64,000 nucleotides of DNA from Cyanobacteria bacterium auto_48_18 (GCA_036170915.1 JAVHQC010000018.1:1-64000), one strand, 5' to 3'; shown: positions 49,997-61,578, numbered from the stretch's first letter. Numbers and translations: made by a program. Notes: generated from the sequence alone by a model not told the origin.

Positions 49997-50991
49997 TACG
50001 AAGACTTACCAGCACTAAGCAATTGCTCGCCTACAATTTCGCGCCAGCTGTTGCGACCGATATTGCCACCACAGACAACCACGCCCACACGTTCACGCGG
50101 TTTAAAGTTGATGTATTTAGCCGAGATAGCAGCAATGGCTGCAGCAGCGGCTCCTTCGATAAGCATGCCTTCGTTTTCTAAGAAGTCGAAGACGGCTTGA
50201 TGAATATCACGTTCTTCAATTGACACCCATTCATCCACAACTTCTTGCACTAATGGAAAAGTAATTGTTTCGGGGTCGATATTACCGGCGATACCATCAG
50301 CAATTGTCTCTTGCTGCAAAACTTTGACTACCCGACCAGAGTGAATAGCAGTTTGCATAGTTGGTGACGCTGCTGCCACCACTCCGACAATGCGCACTTT
50401 AGGATTGATGACTTTGGCAACTAGGCCGATTCCTGATATTAATCCACCACCACCAACTGCTACGATAATAGTTGAGAGTTTGGGGATCAACTCATACATT
50501 TCCAAACCAACAGTGCCTTGTCCAGAAATTACTTCGCGATTGTTATAGGGCGAAATGTAGAGACCCTTTTGTTCTTTAGCCAGGCGCATGGCGTAAGACT
50601 CGGTCAAATCCATGTCGTCGCCGTGTTGCAGTAAACCAACGTTGTAGCGTTCAAGCTTTTGCTTTTTAATCGGATTGACATTAGTAGGCAGACAAATTCT
50701 AGTTTCGCGTTCAGTTGTTACTGCCGCTTCAGCAATACCAAGACCATGGTTGCCGGCTGATGCAGTGAAGACTTTGGTGAAGCCACGCTCTTTCGCCCAG
50801 GTCATGGCGTTTAGTGCGCCGCGATATTTGAATGAACCGGTGACCTGTAAGTTTTCTAGTTTCATAAAAACTTCGGCCTGCGAAAGTTCGCATAACCAGT
50901 GACTTTTGCGCAGAGGCGTATTGGTGACCAGACCACTAATTCTTTTTTTCGCCACCAGCACGTCGCTGATGCTCAGTCTTTCTTCCGTCAC
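49996..50991 (-). CDS. PLP-dependent threonine/serine dehydratase (no ACT domain)
   Basis: KLENLQVTGSFKYRGA, ASAGNHG, VGGGGLISG, CGGN. Confidence 0.9.
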   Translation of the reverse strand: MTEERLSISDVLVAKKRISGLVTNTPLRKSHWLCELSQAEVFMKLENLQVTGSFKYRGALNAMTWAKERGFTKVFTASAGNHGLGIAEAAVTTERETRICLPTNVNPIKKQKLERYNVGLLQHGDDMDLTESYAMRLAKEQKGLYISPYNNREVISGQGTVGLEMYELIPKLSTIIVAVGGGGLISGIGLVAKVINPKVRIVGVVAAASPTMQTAIHSGRVVKVLQQETIADGIAGNIDPETITFPLVQEVVDEWVSIEERDIHQAVFDFLENEGMLIEGAAAAAIAAISAKYINFKPRERVGVVVCGGNIGRNSWREIVGEQLLSAGKSS

Positions 50992-51147
50992 AGTCGAAAC
51001 CTCTTACCGTACTTATATAGGTATTTTTCAACCCTACTTATTTACGCGTACCATCTTACAAAAAAGACGAACCTGATGGTCCGTCCCTTTATTTAGCTTA
51101 AGCGCCACTCATCTGCGATTTAAACACTGATATCGAGCGGCTTCAAA

Positions 51148-51221
51148 TGGAGCGGGTGCGGGGAATCGAACCCCGGTATGAAGCTTGGAAGGCTGCCGTT
51201 CTACCATTGAACTACACCCGC
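51148..51221 (-). tRNA. tRNA-Gly(TCC)
   Basis: GCGGGTGTAGTTCAATGGTAGAACGGCAGCCTTCCAAGCTTCATACCGGGGTTCGATTCCCCGCACCCGCTCCA cloverleaf. Confidence 0.95.
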
Positions 51222-51585
51222 GCTGTTTGAAGATTAGCATAAAGTGCAAGCGCGTGAAAGTTGACTCAACCGTAATGTAACTCGAAATTAGCTTTCCGAG
51301 CGGTTCTCCTTGGCGCCCCAGTAAGCTCTTCATTAGTGTAAACAAGTAGTGAAAGCGCCAAAGTTTTTGACAGTTCCACTTGGCATTACACCCTTTTAGC
51401 TTAGCAAACACGTGAAGAAATCTAAAAGTTTCCTAAACAAGCCTTAAATGGCCCGTCTTAATTTGTGTTTGGGGGTCGATTAGTGATAACTTTTATATCG
51501 AAGAGGAAATCGCAAGCCGAAGCTAAAAATGCTAAAGGCTTCGGTGAGGCTTAGGTTTTGGCAACTTAAGAGAGTAAGGGTAACC

Positions 51586-52803
51586 ATGGCAACTTTTATA
51601 CAAACTTTAGCATCGATGTCGCAGCAGCTTGCGCTGGTATCCGATCCGAAGAACACAATCTCTTTCGCCACTACTAAAGAACTGCCAAAGCGTCTTGTGC
51701 CTCCTCACGTTGAAGCTTTGAAACCATATCAACCAGGCCGCCCTCCAGTAGAGCTCTTGCGTGAGCTAGGCATGGAGCGCTTCATCAATATGGCTTCCAA
51801 CGAAAATCCTTTAGGGCCACCCAACTCTGCACTCGAAGCTATTCAACGTACACTGCCGCAAATCAATCGCTATCCCGATTTGTGCGGAACCAATTTGAGA
51901 AACGCTCTAGCTGAGCGTTTCGCTACAAAGATCGATAACATTGCTCTTGGCAGCGGTTCTGAAAGCACAATGGCAAACATTGTTCGTGCCTTCTTGCACG
52001 GCGATGACGAGGTGCTGACATCGCAAGGTACGTTCATCGGTCTTTATGTGCTGGTTAATGCTCAGGGCATCAAACTCAACACAGTGCCTTTGAAAAACTA
52101 TCACTTCGATCTTGATGGCATCGCTGCTGCGGTGAACGACAAGACCAAGATGATTTATCTTTGCAATCCAAATAATCCAACAGGCACAATCTTCAATCGC
52201 ACCGAGTTCGAGAACTTCATCAGAAAAATTCCTGAGCATGTTCTGGTTATTCTCGATGAAGCCTATTACGAATTTGCCGCTATCAATCCTGAATATCCTG
52301 ATTCGATGCGTTACAGGCTCGACAACGTCTTGACCTTGCGCACATTTGCCAAAGCTTACGGCATGGCTGGTATCAGACTTGGTTACGGCCTTGGTCACGA
52401 ATATTTGATCGATTATGTCAACCGCATCAAATTGCCTTTTGAGCCAAACATACTTGCTCAAGAAGCCGGCCTTGCCGCCTTGCAAGATGACGAATTTTTG
52501 GGTCGTACTCTAGAAAACAATGAAGAAGGCATGGCCTATCTCACAGGCGAACTCGACAAGCTTGGCTTGCAGCGCATTCCTTCGCATTCCAATTTCATCA
52601 TGATCGAAAGTGGCTCACAAGAAAAAGTAGCAAAAATCCACGACGGTTTATTGCGCAATGGCATCGCCATTCGCCCTCTAGCTGGTTTCGGATTGCCTAC
52701 CTGCTGGAGAATCAGCATCGGCTTACCTGCAGAAAACAAATTGCTGATTACAGCACTGAAAAAAATCATGCAGCCTGAACCAACCAAGAAAGCCAATCCA
52801 TAA
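51586..52803 (+). CDS. hisC: Histidinol-phosphate aminotransferase
   Basis: ASNENPLG, CNPNNPTG, DEAYYEF, LRTFAKAYGMAGIRLG. Confidence 0.9.
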   Translation: MATFIQTLASMSQQLALVSDPKNTISFATTKELPKRLVPPHVEALKPYQPGRPPVELLRELGMERFINMASNENPLGPPNSALEAIQRTLPQINRYPDLCGTNLRNALAERFATKIDNIALGSGSESTMANIVRAFLHGDDEVLTSQGTFIGLYVLVNAQGIKLNTVPLKNYHFDLDGIAAAVNDKTKMIYLCNPNNPTGTIFNRTEFENFIRKIPEHVLVILDEAYYEFAAINPEYPDSMRYRLDNVLTLRTFAKAYGMAGIRLGYGLGHEYLIDYVNRIKLPFEPNILAQEAGLAALQDDEFLGRTLENNEEGMAYLTGELDKLGLQRIPSHSNFIMIESGSQEKVAKIHDGLLRNGIAIRPLAGFGLPTCWRISIGLPAENKLLITALKKIMQPEPTKKANP

Positions 52804-52922
52804 TCGCTCGGTAGGTCGATCGCATATACGGTTGTCGATTAAATTGACACCAACTGCGCAATTGCACCTTCTTGTGGCGCCTCGAACATTTAAACTAGTG
52901 GGACAAAGTTTGAGGGTGTCCC

Positions 52923-54968
52923 ATGGCTGTTTTTGAGTTAGGCGGCAATAGAAAAAATAGCGCTTCGAACCCTAATCAGCTCTCTCTAGATTTAGACAGT
53001 GTGAGCCAGGCGGCCTTAGACGCTTTCAATGGTGTCACTAACACTGCCAACTTTTCTCGCGCAACTAGCACTAGATTGGCCTCTGGCCAGCTCACAGTGG
53101 AGACCATTCTCAAAGAAAGTTTCGGTTTAACTGAGCTGCGACCTAAGCAAAAAGAAGTAATCGACAGCATTCTTGCTGGTCGTCACACTCTGGCATTTCT
53201 ACCCACCGGTTATGGCAAATCGCTTTGCTATCAGTTGCCCAGCCAAATTTTGCCTGGTGTCACTGTTGTGATTTCCCCTTTGATTGCCTTGATGCACGAC
53301 CAGGTGAGCGGCCTCGAGCGTCGCGGCATTCGCAATGCCACCATGCTCAACAGTTCGCTCAATGCCGATGAAACAGACGAACGCGTAAGCGGTCTGCGGC
53401 GTGGCCAATACAAACTTGTTTATGTTGCTCCTGAGCGTCTCGAGTCTCCACGTTTTCGCTCGCTTTTACAGAGTCTCAATATCTCGCTTTTAGTGATTGA
53501 CGAGGCTCACTGCATCAGCCAATGGGGTCATGACTTCAGGCCGCAATATCGCAATTTAAGAAGTTATCTCGGCCTCATGCCTAAAGCTACGATTTTGGCA
53601 CTGACAGCCACAGCCACTCCGCGTGTGCAGCGCGACATTCCTGAATCGCTTGGTTTGCCCAGTATGACTTGCGTGATTGGCTCTTTCGACCGTCCTAACT
53701 TGCGCTTTGAAGTTGAACAGTGCGCCAATAATGCTGACAAAGATCGGCATGTAAACGGGCTTTTAGCTAACGGTAATGCCAAATCTCCCTCAATTATTTA
53801 TACAAGTAGCCGCAAAGAAGCAGAAGAACTAGCAAGGCGCTTGAAGGCAACGAAAGTAGCAGCGGCCTGTTACCATGCCGGTCTTTCACCTGATGTGCGC
53901 AAAAAAGTGCAGAACAGTTTTGAAGAAGATCGCATTAGTGTGATCGTTTCAACTGTGGCTTTTGGCATGGGAGTTGATAAGGCGAACATTCGCCGGGTGA
54001 TTCACTACAACATGCCTGGTTCGATGGAAAATTATTATCAAGAAGCAGGCCGTGCCGGGCGCGACGGTAATGCCGCCACTTGCACTTTGCTTTATCAAGC
54101 CAAAGATATTTACACCCAAAGATGGCTGATGGACAAAAATTTTCCTGATGCCAAGGCTGTTGCGCATTTGCTCAAATTTTTGCACGACAATTCGCAGCAA
54201 TCGATGCGGCCGATGGATTTGCATAAACGTTTGCGTATGGAAGATTCTGCAATTAACAGCGCTCTTGATTTGCTCAAACACTTGAATTTGCTCGACGTTG
54301 ACGCCAGTGGTGTGAGAGCGCGCGAAATATCAGGCCACCGAATGCCTTCTATAGATATGAGCTGGCTCGATGCCAGAAAAGATCGAGACTCGCACCGGCT
54401 CAATCAAATTATCAAATACGCTCAAGATGCAACTTGCAGGCGTAAACAAATTCTCGCTTACTTTGGCCAGAGCCTCGACAATGGCTGCACCGGATGTGAT
54501 GCCTGCCACCCTGTGGAGAAACCGGCTTATCTATCTACAGCCATGCCGAGCTTAGCTGCAGCGGCAAAAAGCGATGGCAAGCGCGCTGCTAATTCTCGCT
54601 CGGCCCAGAGCCTTTATTCAGAATCTCGACCAGCTGCAGCTAAAAGCGCAGGCAACACTAAAACTGCCACTAAAACTGCCGCACCAAAAACAGGCAAAAA
54701 ATCACCAGGGGCTCCCAGTGCTCTGCGTGATGCCATTCTTGTTTTAACTGGCGAACTGAACGGCAAAGTTGGTCGCACAACTGTTGCATCTATATTGGCC
54801 GGCAGCAAAGCTAAAAAACTAAAAGAGAAACAGCTCAATAAAGTATCTGCGTACGGCAAATTTGCTCACGTGCGTATGGAAGAAATTATGGACACCATAG
54901 ACGAGATGATTGCCGAAGAAGCATTGCAAATTGTGCCTGGTATGTATCCAAAATTGATTCTCGGTTAA
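52923..54968 (+). CDS. recQ: RecQ-family helicase
   Basis: [38 protein letters not shown], Zn site CRR...CTGCDAC, C-terminal RQC-like domain. Confidence 0.93.
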   Translation: MAVFELGGNRKNSASNPNQLSLDLDSVSQAALDAFNGVTNTANFSRATSTRLASGQLTVETILKESFGLTELRPKQKEVIDSILAGRHTLAFLPTGYGKSLCYQLPSQILPGVTVVISPLIALMHDQVSGLERRGIRNATMLNSSLNADETDERVSGLRRGQYKLVYVAPERLESPRFRSLLQSLNISLLVIDEAHCISQWGHDFRPQYRNLRSYLGLMPKATILALTATATPRVQRDIPESLGLPSMTCVIGSFDRPNLRFEVEQCANNADKDRHVNGLLANGNAKSPSIIYTSSRKEAEELARRLKATKVAAACYHAGLSPDVRKKVQNSFEEDRISVIVSTVAFGMGVDKANIRRVIHYNMPGSMENYYQEAGRAGRDGNAATCTLLYQAKDIYTQRWLMDKNFPDAKAVAHLLKFLHDNSQQSMRPMDLHKRLRMEDSAINSALDLLKHLNLLDVDASGVRAREISGHRMPSIDMSWLDARKDRDSHRLNQIIKYAQDATCRRKQILAYFGQSLDNGCTGCDACHPVEKPAYLSTAMPSLAAAAKSDGKRAANSRSAQSLYSESRPAAAKSAGNTKTATKTAAPKTGKKSPGAPSALRDAILVLTGELNGKVGRTTVASILAGSKAKKLKEKQLNKVSAYGKFAHVRMEEIMDTIDEMIAEEALQIVPGMYPKLILG

Positions 54969-55216
54969 CAATCAGCCAACAATTGCTTGCTGCATTTCGC
55001 CTACAGAAATCGAATGCCAAGAGAACATAATTGCAGATTTCTCGATTTGTTCACCACTTGGCACAACAGGTGGGATGAGGCAGAAACGGCATTGTCAAGC
55101 GCAATAGAGAAGCCTGCCTTAAAACGGGCTAAGAAATTTGCTTCAGCTCATATACTTACGGAGTTAACACCAAGTTAACTGACCGCATCACACACCGTCC
55201 GGAGTATTTAACGAAC

Positions 55217-55711
55217 ATGACTACAACCGTAGAAACCAAGAAAACCATTATTGAAACCAACTGGAACACAGTTAGAATCCAAGAACAAGCTGCACGCGTT
55301 TTGGGAACTCAATGGATGACCACAATGCAACTTCTCCAAAAAGCTGGCGGAGAAAAGGCTGTCGAAGAATTCAAAACAACAATGGAAGCTCACAAAGTTG
55401 AGTATTTCAAAGGTCTCGGAGTCAAAACACCTTTAGAGCTCGTAAAAGCTATGGCTGAATATGACGTTAACGTCTACGGCAGCAAGGTAGAAATCTGGGG
55501 CGACGAGAAATCAGCAACCCTTCACTACCTCTCATGCGGCATGTTCAAAGCTCTTGAGCAAGCTGGCTTGATCAAAGACGAAAACCGCGAACAAATGTCC
55601 AAAGGCATGGAAGCCTGCATGACTTCCTTGGCTCACAAATTCGACTTCACAACTGGCGTTGAAATGTGCTCAAAAGAGAAGACAGCTACTGTTACTTTCA
55701 CCAGAAAGTAA
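55217..55711 (+). CDS. Hypothetical protein
   Basis: 164 aa ORF with GGAG RBS and a downstream terminator. Confidence 0.7.
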   Translation: MTTTVETKKTIIETNWNTVRIQEQAARVLGTQWMTTMQLLQKAGGEKAVEEFKTTMEAHKVEYFKGLGVKTPLELVKAMAEYDVNVYGSKVEIWGDEKSATLHYLSCGMFKALEQAGLIKDENREQMSKGMEACMTSLAHKFDFTTGVEMCSKEKTATVTFTRK

Positions 55712-55733
55712 TTAGCTTCTAGCTAAAAGCATT

Positions 55734-55764
55734 AAAGAGAGTCGGCGTTGCCGGCTCTCTTTTT
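55734..55764 (+). terminator. Intrinsic terminator
   Basis: AAAGAGAGTCGGC-GTT-GCCGGCTCTCTTTTT. Confidence 0.8.
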
Positions 55765-55822
55765 GTTTGCACCAGCAATTGTTATACTGCCCGGCATTGC
55801 TTAAGTGCCTACACGAGACTCG

Positions 55823-56869
55823 ATGAATTTTAAGCGTCCAAATTTAGTCAATTTTCTCACTGCTCTCACGCTTCTAATTGTCAGTGCGCCAACGGCCATG
55901 GCAATGAACGGGCCAGGCAAACATGCAAGAGCGCCGTCAATTTTGCCGGCGACCAAGCATTCGTCTAATCACGCTGCCAATTCGGTTATTCTGCCCGAAC
56001 AAATTCTCAAAACCGGCATCAATCTCGATGACAATCAGATTTCGGCTAATTCAAAACAGCTGTCTGACTCCATCGAGCTCACTGCTATTTTGCAAAAGAT
56101 TCAATCATTGCGAAATGCCAAACAAACTGACTCACCTGTGACTTTAGAAAATCTTGCCTTGCGGCAAGATTTGAATGACGCAAAAGTTGCGGCCCTGGAG
56201 CTGATACAAAAAACTTCTTTAGAAGTTGATTTTGTCATGTCAGAAGTAGAAGCTGAGCAGAACGTCTACGAAGAAATTCTCAATAGCTATCAAAATGCCC
56301 GAGACATCACAGTCGCTAGAAACAACGCCATGGCCTTCGTCACTAACGGTGCACTATGGGCGGTGTGCGAGGGTTTAGGAATTCCCACCTATAAAAATCC
56401 CAAACTTTCAATTCCATCAGGAGCCACAGGCATTGTTGCCGGCGCTATACCATCGGTTTTCTCACTCTGGGCCATGCGCCAGCAACAAGGGAAAAAGACT
56501 ACTTCAGAAAGTGAGCCAAATATTTTGGCCAAATTGTTTGATTATCCGATCACTCCAGACATCGATTACCCGGCGTCTGTCTGGCATTTTCTGCAGTCGG
56601 TTCCGCCAGATGATACTTCCGGCAAAACCAGACGCGAGCAATTAATCAATCGCTGGTTGAATGACAAAAATCTGCCTGATTTTACCGACCCCGGTTCGCG
56701 CAAGCAACTCGATGTCATCACAGCCAGCGTCAGCCACACTAAAGCTTTGACCATAGACAGTTTGAGTACCAGACTGGTTATGCTGCAACAGCTGGAAGGC
56801 GAAGTAATGAAAATGAAGCGCATGTTGCTTGAGCTATCAATGGTTGCTCGCGGCGAAAAGACTATCTAA
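55823..56869 (+). CDS. Secreted helical hypothetical protein
   Basis: Signal peptide; long ORF. Confidence 0.65.
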   Translation: MNFKRPNLVNFLTALTLLIVSAPTAMAMNGPGKHARAPSILPATKHSSNHAANSVILPEQILKTGINLDDNQISANSKQLSDSIELTAILQKIQSLRNAKQTDSPVTLENLALRQDLNDAKVAALELIQKTSLEVDFVMSEVEAEQNVYEEILNSYQNARDITVARNNAMAFVTNGALWAVCEGLGIPTYKNPKLSIPSGATGIVAGAIPSVFSLWAMRQQQGKKTTSESEPNILAKLFDYPITPDIDYPASVWHFLQSVPPDDTSGKTRREQLINRWLNDKNLPDFTDPGSRKQLDVITASVSHTKALTIDSLSTRLVMLQQLEGEVMKMKRMLLELSMVARGEKTI

Positions 56870-57454
56870 ATCGCAACGCAAAGAGATTTGATCAGTGCTG
56901 CCAGATCCATCTACAAGCATTTTGGCGCGACGATGCGGTTCGTCTAATTCCACATAGCGATCTTCAGCCGGCATCCAAAACTTTTCCCAGAGGTCTCTTT
57001 TACTTTCTCCGTCACGCGCCACGCCGCGATCAAGTCTTTCTGAGCGCGAACAATAAAGCCAAAAAGTCAGATCGTAAAGAGCATCGAGCTCATAGCGAGT
57101 GGAATAAATTCCTTCCACCACAATAATGCCCCTGCTCTGCACTTCGTGCCACTCGGCAAGCGTGTCGGTGGGCCAATCATAACGTTGGTAATGGCCCGAT
57201 TTGTTCTCGCTTAGAGGTTTGAGAACGTCACGGCGCAAACGTTGCCAGTCAAAATCAGAGCCTATTAAAGCCAGCGATTCACATTGCGGCAGCCGCTGAA
57301 CCGACGGTTTATAAAAATCATCCATATGAATAATTTGGGAGTCAGCCCCGCCTTGCGCCAGAGCATCCACCAGGCGACGGGCAAAAGTGCTCTTGCCTGA
57401 GCCGCCGCAACCGTCAATACCAAGCAACACACGGCCACTTGATTTCTCAAGCAA
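56837..57454 (-). CDS. Uridine kinase-family P-loop kinase
   Basis: GIDGCGGSGKST, HMDDFY, YQRYDW, VVEG. Confidence 0.85.
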   Translation of the reverse strand: MLEKSSGRVLLGIDGCGGSGKSTFARRLVDALAQGGADSQIIHMDDFYKPSVQRLPQCESLALIGSDFDWQRLRRDVLKPLSENKSGHYQRYDWPTDTLAEWHEVQSRGIIVVEGIYSTRYELDALYDLTFWLYCSRSERLDRGVARDGESKRDLWEKFWMPAEDRYVELDEPHRRAKMLVDGSGSTDQISLRCDLDSLFAASNH

Positions 57455-57493
57455 GTAAGCAACAAGTTCAGCCAGAGGAATAGAGCTCAGAGT

Positions 57494-58408
57494 TTAAACC
57501 GGTTGTAGCTTGGGTTCACCGCTTTGGCCCAGCGCTTGAGCAAGAATTGCTCGTGACGGATAAAAGCGATCAAATACTAACTCAACTGCTCTGGCAAAAG
57601 AAGTAGCAGAGTCACCCGCAGGCGAAATTGCCTTAGCTGCCCGCTGGGCGCTCTCACTGCTTTCGGTCATAGCCACGCCAAAACCAACATTTGCCAGCAT
57701 GTCCACGTCATTCCAGTTGTCGCCAAAGGCTAGAGCCTCATCAGTATGAAAACCGAGCTTGAACGCCAGTTCTTGCAAAGCCGTAAATTTGCTGGTGGCG
57801 AGAGGCATAAACTCAAGGAAACCTGGTTCGGTCTCGATTACTTGCATGTGATCTTGATAGCGCTCAGTGAGCGATGCTCGCAATTCTGCGATGCGCTCAG
57901 GATGATGGCAGAAGACAACTTTTTGAGCCCGATCACCTTTTAGCTCATGCAAATACTCGTTTCTAATTGGCTTGCGCGAACGCGTGCAGGCCTGATATTT
58001 CAAAGTCCATTCGTTTTCCTGACAATAGAAAACCGATTCACCATGATAGTAATAAACGCTGACATTGTGCTCACGCCCCTCTTGAATTAGAGTGTGGGCA
58101 AGGGTTTGATGCAGTTTCTTCTCAAGCAAAATTTCTTCTGTTAAAGGCATTTTGATGACGATACCGTCGCAAGAAATGACGGGGCCGGTTAAACCAAGGT
58201 GATGATAGGTGGGAAGAATGTCTTCATGACGGCGACCAGAAGCCATAATAATCTGGCAGCCATGATCTCTTAAAAGCTTGATGGCGTCGAGGTTCGCTTG
58301 ACTGACAGTTTTGTCTGGCGATAACAATGTGCCGTCCAGATCAACAGCTGCAAGCTTGAAAGGAAATTTTTTCGCAATGCCGCTTTCAATTTTTCTACTG
58401 CTGCTCAT
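57494..58408 (-). CDS. Cof-type HAD-IIB hydrolase
   Basis: AVDLDGTLL, ASGRR, AFGDNWNDVDML. Confidence 0.92.
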   Translation of the reverse strand: MSSSRKIESGIAKKFPFKLAAVDLDGTLLSPDKTVSQANLDAIKLLRDHGCQIIMASGRRHEDILPTYHHLGLTGPVISCDGIVIKMPLTEEILLEKKLHQTLAHTLIQEGREHNVSVYYYHGESVFYCQENEWTLKYQACTRSRKPIRNEYLHELKGDRAQKVVFCHHPERIAELRASLTERYQDHMQVIETEPGFLEFMPLATSKFTALQELAFKLGFHTDEALAFGDNWNDVDMLANVGFGVAMTESSESAQRAAKAISPAGDSATSFARAVELVFDRFYPSRAILAQALGQSGEPKLQPV

Positions 58409-58454
58409 TATTTCTATTGCCTCATCCAAATATCCAAAATGACGTGCACAAACA

Positions 58455-58560
58455 CGCAAAATCCATTACAATCCCGAGTATATACGCAAAAACCCGCAAA
58501 TGACAAGTCTCAAACCGCTAAACCGGCAAAATCAATAAAATGCTTAACCAGGAACGCAAA
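58455..58560. promoter_or_regulatory. Phased CGCAAA direct repeats, probable DeoR operator
   Basis: CGCAAA at 58455, 58485, 58495, 58555; variants at 58516 and 58525. Confidence 0.5.
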
Positions 58561-59298
58561 AACAAAATTCTCGAATCTCTTGCTGGGCGCGGCCGGGTGC
58601 TCTCTTCTGAGCTTGTGGTTGAGCTTGATGTGTCAGAAGATACAGTCAGACGTGATCTCAAAGACCTGTCGGCGGCGGGGTTGCTCAAACGTGTGCACGG
58701 TGGCGCCTTACCCGTAGGCAATGTGCCCATGAGCTACGCCAAAAGACAAAAAGAAGCAATGGGCGAAAAGGCTGTGATCGCCAAGAAGGCTGCAGCCATG
58801 GTGAGCACCGGTCAGGTTGTATTTATTGATGGTGGCACCACCACAGCCATGGTGGCTCAATTTTTGGCAAAAGACCTGAAAGCAACATTTATTACTTACA
58901 GCTTGCCCACGGCCATAGCATTGACCGAGCACACCAATTGCCATGTGCGCCTGCTGGGCGGCAAAGTGGTGAAAGAACTGTTGCTTACTATGGGCCCTGG
59001 TCTCTTGAAGGAAATTGAAACTATACAAGCCGACCTCACTCTCGTTAGCGTAGAAAGTGTGCACGAAGAATTTGGTGCCACGGTTTCGCACCCTGATGAC
59101 GCGCTGGTAAAGCGAGCCTTCATCAATCAGTCAGCCGATACAATTATTCTGGCAGGCAGCGAAAAATTTGGCAAAGCGGCACCATATCGTATCGCCTGGC
59201 TCAACGAAGTTGGCTCGATCATCACTGACAACGCGCTCGATAAAGGCTTACTCAAAGCGTGTAAAAAGGCTGGTGGAGCTATTCTTATCGCTGAATGA
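58540..59298 (+). CDS. DeoR/GlpR-family regulator
   Basis: VSEDTVRRDL...RVHGGA, FIDGGTT. Confidence 0.93.
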   Translation: MLNQERKNKILESLAGRGRVLSSELVVELDVSEDTVRRDLKDLSAAGLLKRVHGGALPVGNVPMSYAKRQKEAMGEKAVIAKKAAAMVSTGQVVFIDGGTTTAMVAQFLAKDLKATFITYSLPTAIALTEHTNCHVRLLGGKVVKELLLTMGPGLLKEIETIQADLTLVSVESVHEEFGATVSHPDDALVKRAFINQSADTIILAGSEKFGKAAPYRIAWLNEVGSIITDNALDKGLLKACKKAGGAILIAE

Positions 59299-59323
59299 GT
59301 GCATGTTGAATTTCTGAAAAAAT

Positions 59324-60442
59324 TCAGCGCAAGAGACGCCCGTCAGACATATATTTAAGCCTGAGTAGAAGACCAAGATACTCCTGAGTCAGAGCCAGAC
59401 TTGGCTCGCCTGGCCGGTCCACAGCGTCAAGCAAATCAAATGATTTAGCAGGGTGACCACGTTCATGCCCGCCTTCAGTCAAAATTAAAGTCTTATACTC
59501 TTTGACATTTGACTGTTTTGGCACAAAACCTGCTGCCGTCACATGTGTAGCCAGATGTTCAAGTGCTTCGCTAATGGCATCCCGAGAAATTTTTCGCGAG
59601 CGCTTAAGCGCCCATTTTGTCACCAGGGTGAGGCCACGCAAAACATCATAGAAATAAAAACGCGGGAAGGCTGGCTGCAGCCACTTTTGATCAATAACTT
59701 CATTGGTGCGTTTGGAGCGAAACATTTTTCTCTCCAATAAATACTCCACACCCTGATCTAAAAAGAGCAATTCTTCTTCTGTTAGTAAATTAGTATCGAA
59801 AGCAACAAGCGCTTCTAGAGCGGGCATGGTAGAAAGCACAGAACTGCTTGGTTCGTCATGCAAATAATTGGACTCATCGCAGTTGAGGCCACCATGCTGC
59901 ATTTTATATCTGATGAACCACGGACGCACCCAGCTCAAAGCCCGCTCATGATCCGGGGAAGCATCGAAAGAATCACTAGGAATGGTGCGAGCTACGGCGG
60001 TTTTTCCCGAGAGAATGCGACCGTCCAGCAGTTTCAAATCTGCATCAAAAAGCTTGGTGTTATAAAACACGCGATAAACAGAGCCCAAATAGCAGTGGCA
60101 GGCCACATTTAAAGCCGGGTCGAAACCACGCGGTATCTCCTCTTCTTTTAAGGGGAAAAAATGCAGATAATGCTTATCGATCACTTCTGCATACTGCTCG
60201 ACAAAAGTAACAGGAATGCGTGTGGCCAGGCCAAGTTCGTCGAGCAATAAAGCATGCCACCAGGGGCTGTGCCATTTGGGCCAGTAGGGATCTTTTGCAG
60301 CGGCGCCAGCGGCTTCTGCGCTATCGAGATAACTAACGCTGCTGTCCACAGCCCTAATTTCACGTTGCTCGCTGAGCTCACTCACCGCAGCGCGCAGCGG
60401 CTGAATATGCTCATCGAGATAGTGCAAAACTTCGCCCGGCAT
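59324..60442 (-). CDS. Hypothetical protein, prenyltransferase/squalene-cyclase-like barrel
   Basis: QHGGLNC (QW-like motif), FPRFYFYDVLRGL. Confidence 0.5.
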   Translation of the reverse strand: MPGEVLHYLDEHIQPLRAAVSELSEQREIRAVDSSVSYLDSAEAAGAAAKDPYWPKWHSPWWHALLLDELGLATRIPVTFVEQYAEVIDKHYLHFFPLKEEEIPRGFDPALNVACHCYLGSVYRVFYNTKLFDADLKLLDGRILSGKTAVARTIPSDSFDASPDHERALSWVRPWFIRYKMQHGGLNCDESNYLHDEPSSSVLSTMPALEALVAFDTNLLTEEELLFLDQGVEYLLERKMFRSKRTNEVIDQKWLQPAFPRFYFYDVLRGLTLVTKWALKRSRKISRDAISEALEHLATHVTAAGFVPKQSNVKEYKTLILTEGGHERGHPAKSFDLLDAVDRPGEPSLALTQEYLGLLLRLKYMSDGRLLR

Positions 60443-60447
60443 ACGGC

Positions 60448-61578
60448 CTAGAGGTTGCCTCTAGATGCCTGTTCAGCCTCAATTGATTCGAACAGAGCCT
60501 GGAAATTGCCTTTGCCGAAACCTTTAGCACCTTTGCGTTGAATTACTTCAAAGAACAGTGTAGGCCGGTCTTGCACTGGTTTGGTGAAAATCTGCAGCAA
60601 ATAACCTTCAGACTCACGGTCAACAAGAATGCCCCACTTAGCCAGTTCTGCCAGGTCTTCATCAATCTTGCCCACACGGGCGGGCAACGCGTCGTAATAA
60701 GAAGCGGGAGCATTGAGAAACTCAATGCCGCGCTGACGCAATTCTTTTACTGTGGCGATGATATCGCGGGTGGTGATGGCAATGTGTTGTACACCAGGAG
60801 CGTGATAAAAATCGAGATATTCGGTAATTTGAGATTTGCGCAGACCTTCATCGAACGGCTCATTAATAGGCAACTTGATTGAGCCGCTCTTGTTGGCCAT
60901 TACTTTTGAAACCAGGGCAGAGTACTTGGTGCTGATATCTTTAGCATCAAAATATTGATAAATATGGAAACCGAAAATTTTGCTGTAGAACTCAACCCAC
61001 TGGTCAAGCTTGTTGCCTTCCACGTTGCCGACTACGTGATCTACAGAGGCCAGGCCGACCGAAACACCCTTCTTCTCAACTTCTTTGAAGCCGGGAGCGA
61101 AACCTTTATAGTTTGTGCGATCGAGGAAAGTGTGAACAGTTTCGCCATAGGTGGCAATAGCCGCAGAGATGTAAGTGCCGTGTTCATCAGTAACAGAGGT
61201 GGGTTCTTGTACCGAGCGTGCACCACGGGCAATGGCAGTCTCATAAGCCTTACGCACGTCGCGGGTGCGCATGGCCACATTTTTAACACCGTCGCCATGA
61301 GTGAGAACGTGCTCAGCCACTGCGTGGTTTGGCTGTAGAGCAGCCGTTAGAACGATTGTCACTTTCTCTTGCTTCAGTACATAAGAAACAGCGTCACGAT
61401 TACCGGTTTCTAAACCACGGTAGCCAACGATGTCAAAGCCAAAGCCGCGATTGTAGTAATAACTGGCTTGCAGAGCGTTACCGACAAAAAACTCTATGTA
61501 ATCAAACCCGTCGATGGAAATTTCTTCCACAGCAGTTTTACCTGTCGCTTCTAATGCACTAGCTTCTTTGACCACCAC
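60448..61578 (-). CDS. hppD: 4-hydroxyphenylpyruvate dioxygenase
   Basis: DHVVGN, PGVQHIA, LLQIFTKP, FFEVIQRKGAKGFGKGNF. Confidence 0.96.
   Translation of the reverse strand: MVVKEASALEATGKTAVEEISIDGFDYIEFFVGNALQASYYYNRGFGFDIVGYRGLETGNRDAVSYVLKQEKVTIVLTAALQPNHAVAEHVLTHGDGVKNVAMRTRDVRKAYETAIARGARSVQEPTSVTDEHGTYISAAIATYGETVHTFLDRTNYKGFAPGFKEVEKKGVSVGLASVDHVVGNVEGNKLDQWVEFYSKIFGFHIYQYFDAKDISTKYSALVSKVMANKSGSIKLPINEPFDEGLRKSQITEYLDFYHAPGVQHIAITTRDIIATVKELRQRGIEFLNAPASYYDALPARVGKIDEDLAELAKWGILVDRESEGYLLQIFTKPVQDRPTLFFEVIQRKGAKGFGKGNFQALFESIEAEQASRGNL

Noticed and set aside
51148..51221. tRNA-Gly as a second integration site
   Set aside because: No adjacent integrase and no duplicated 3' end were noticed in the window.
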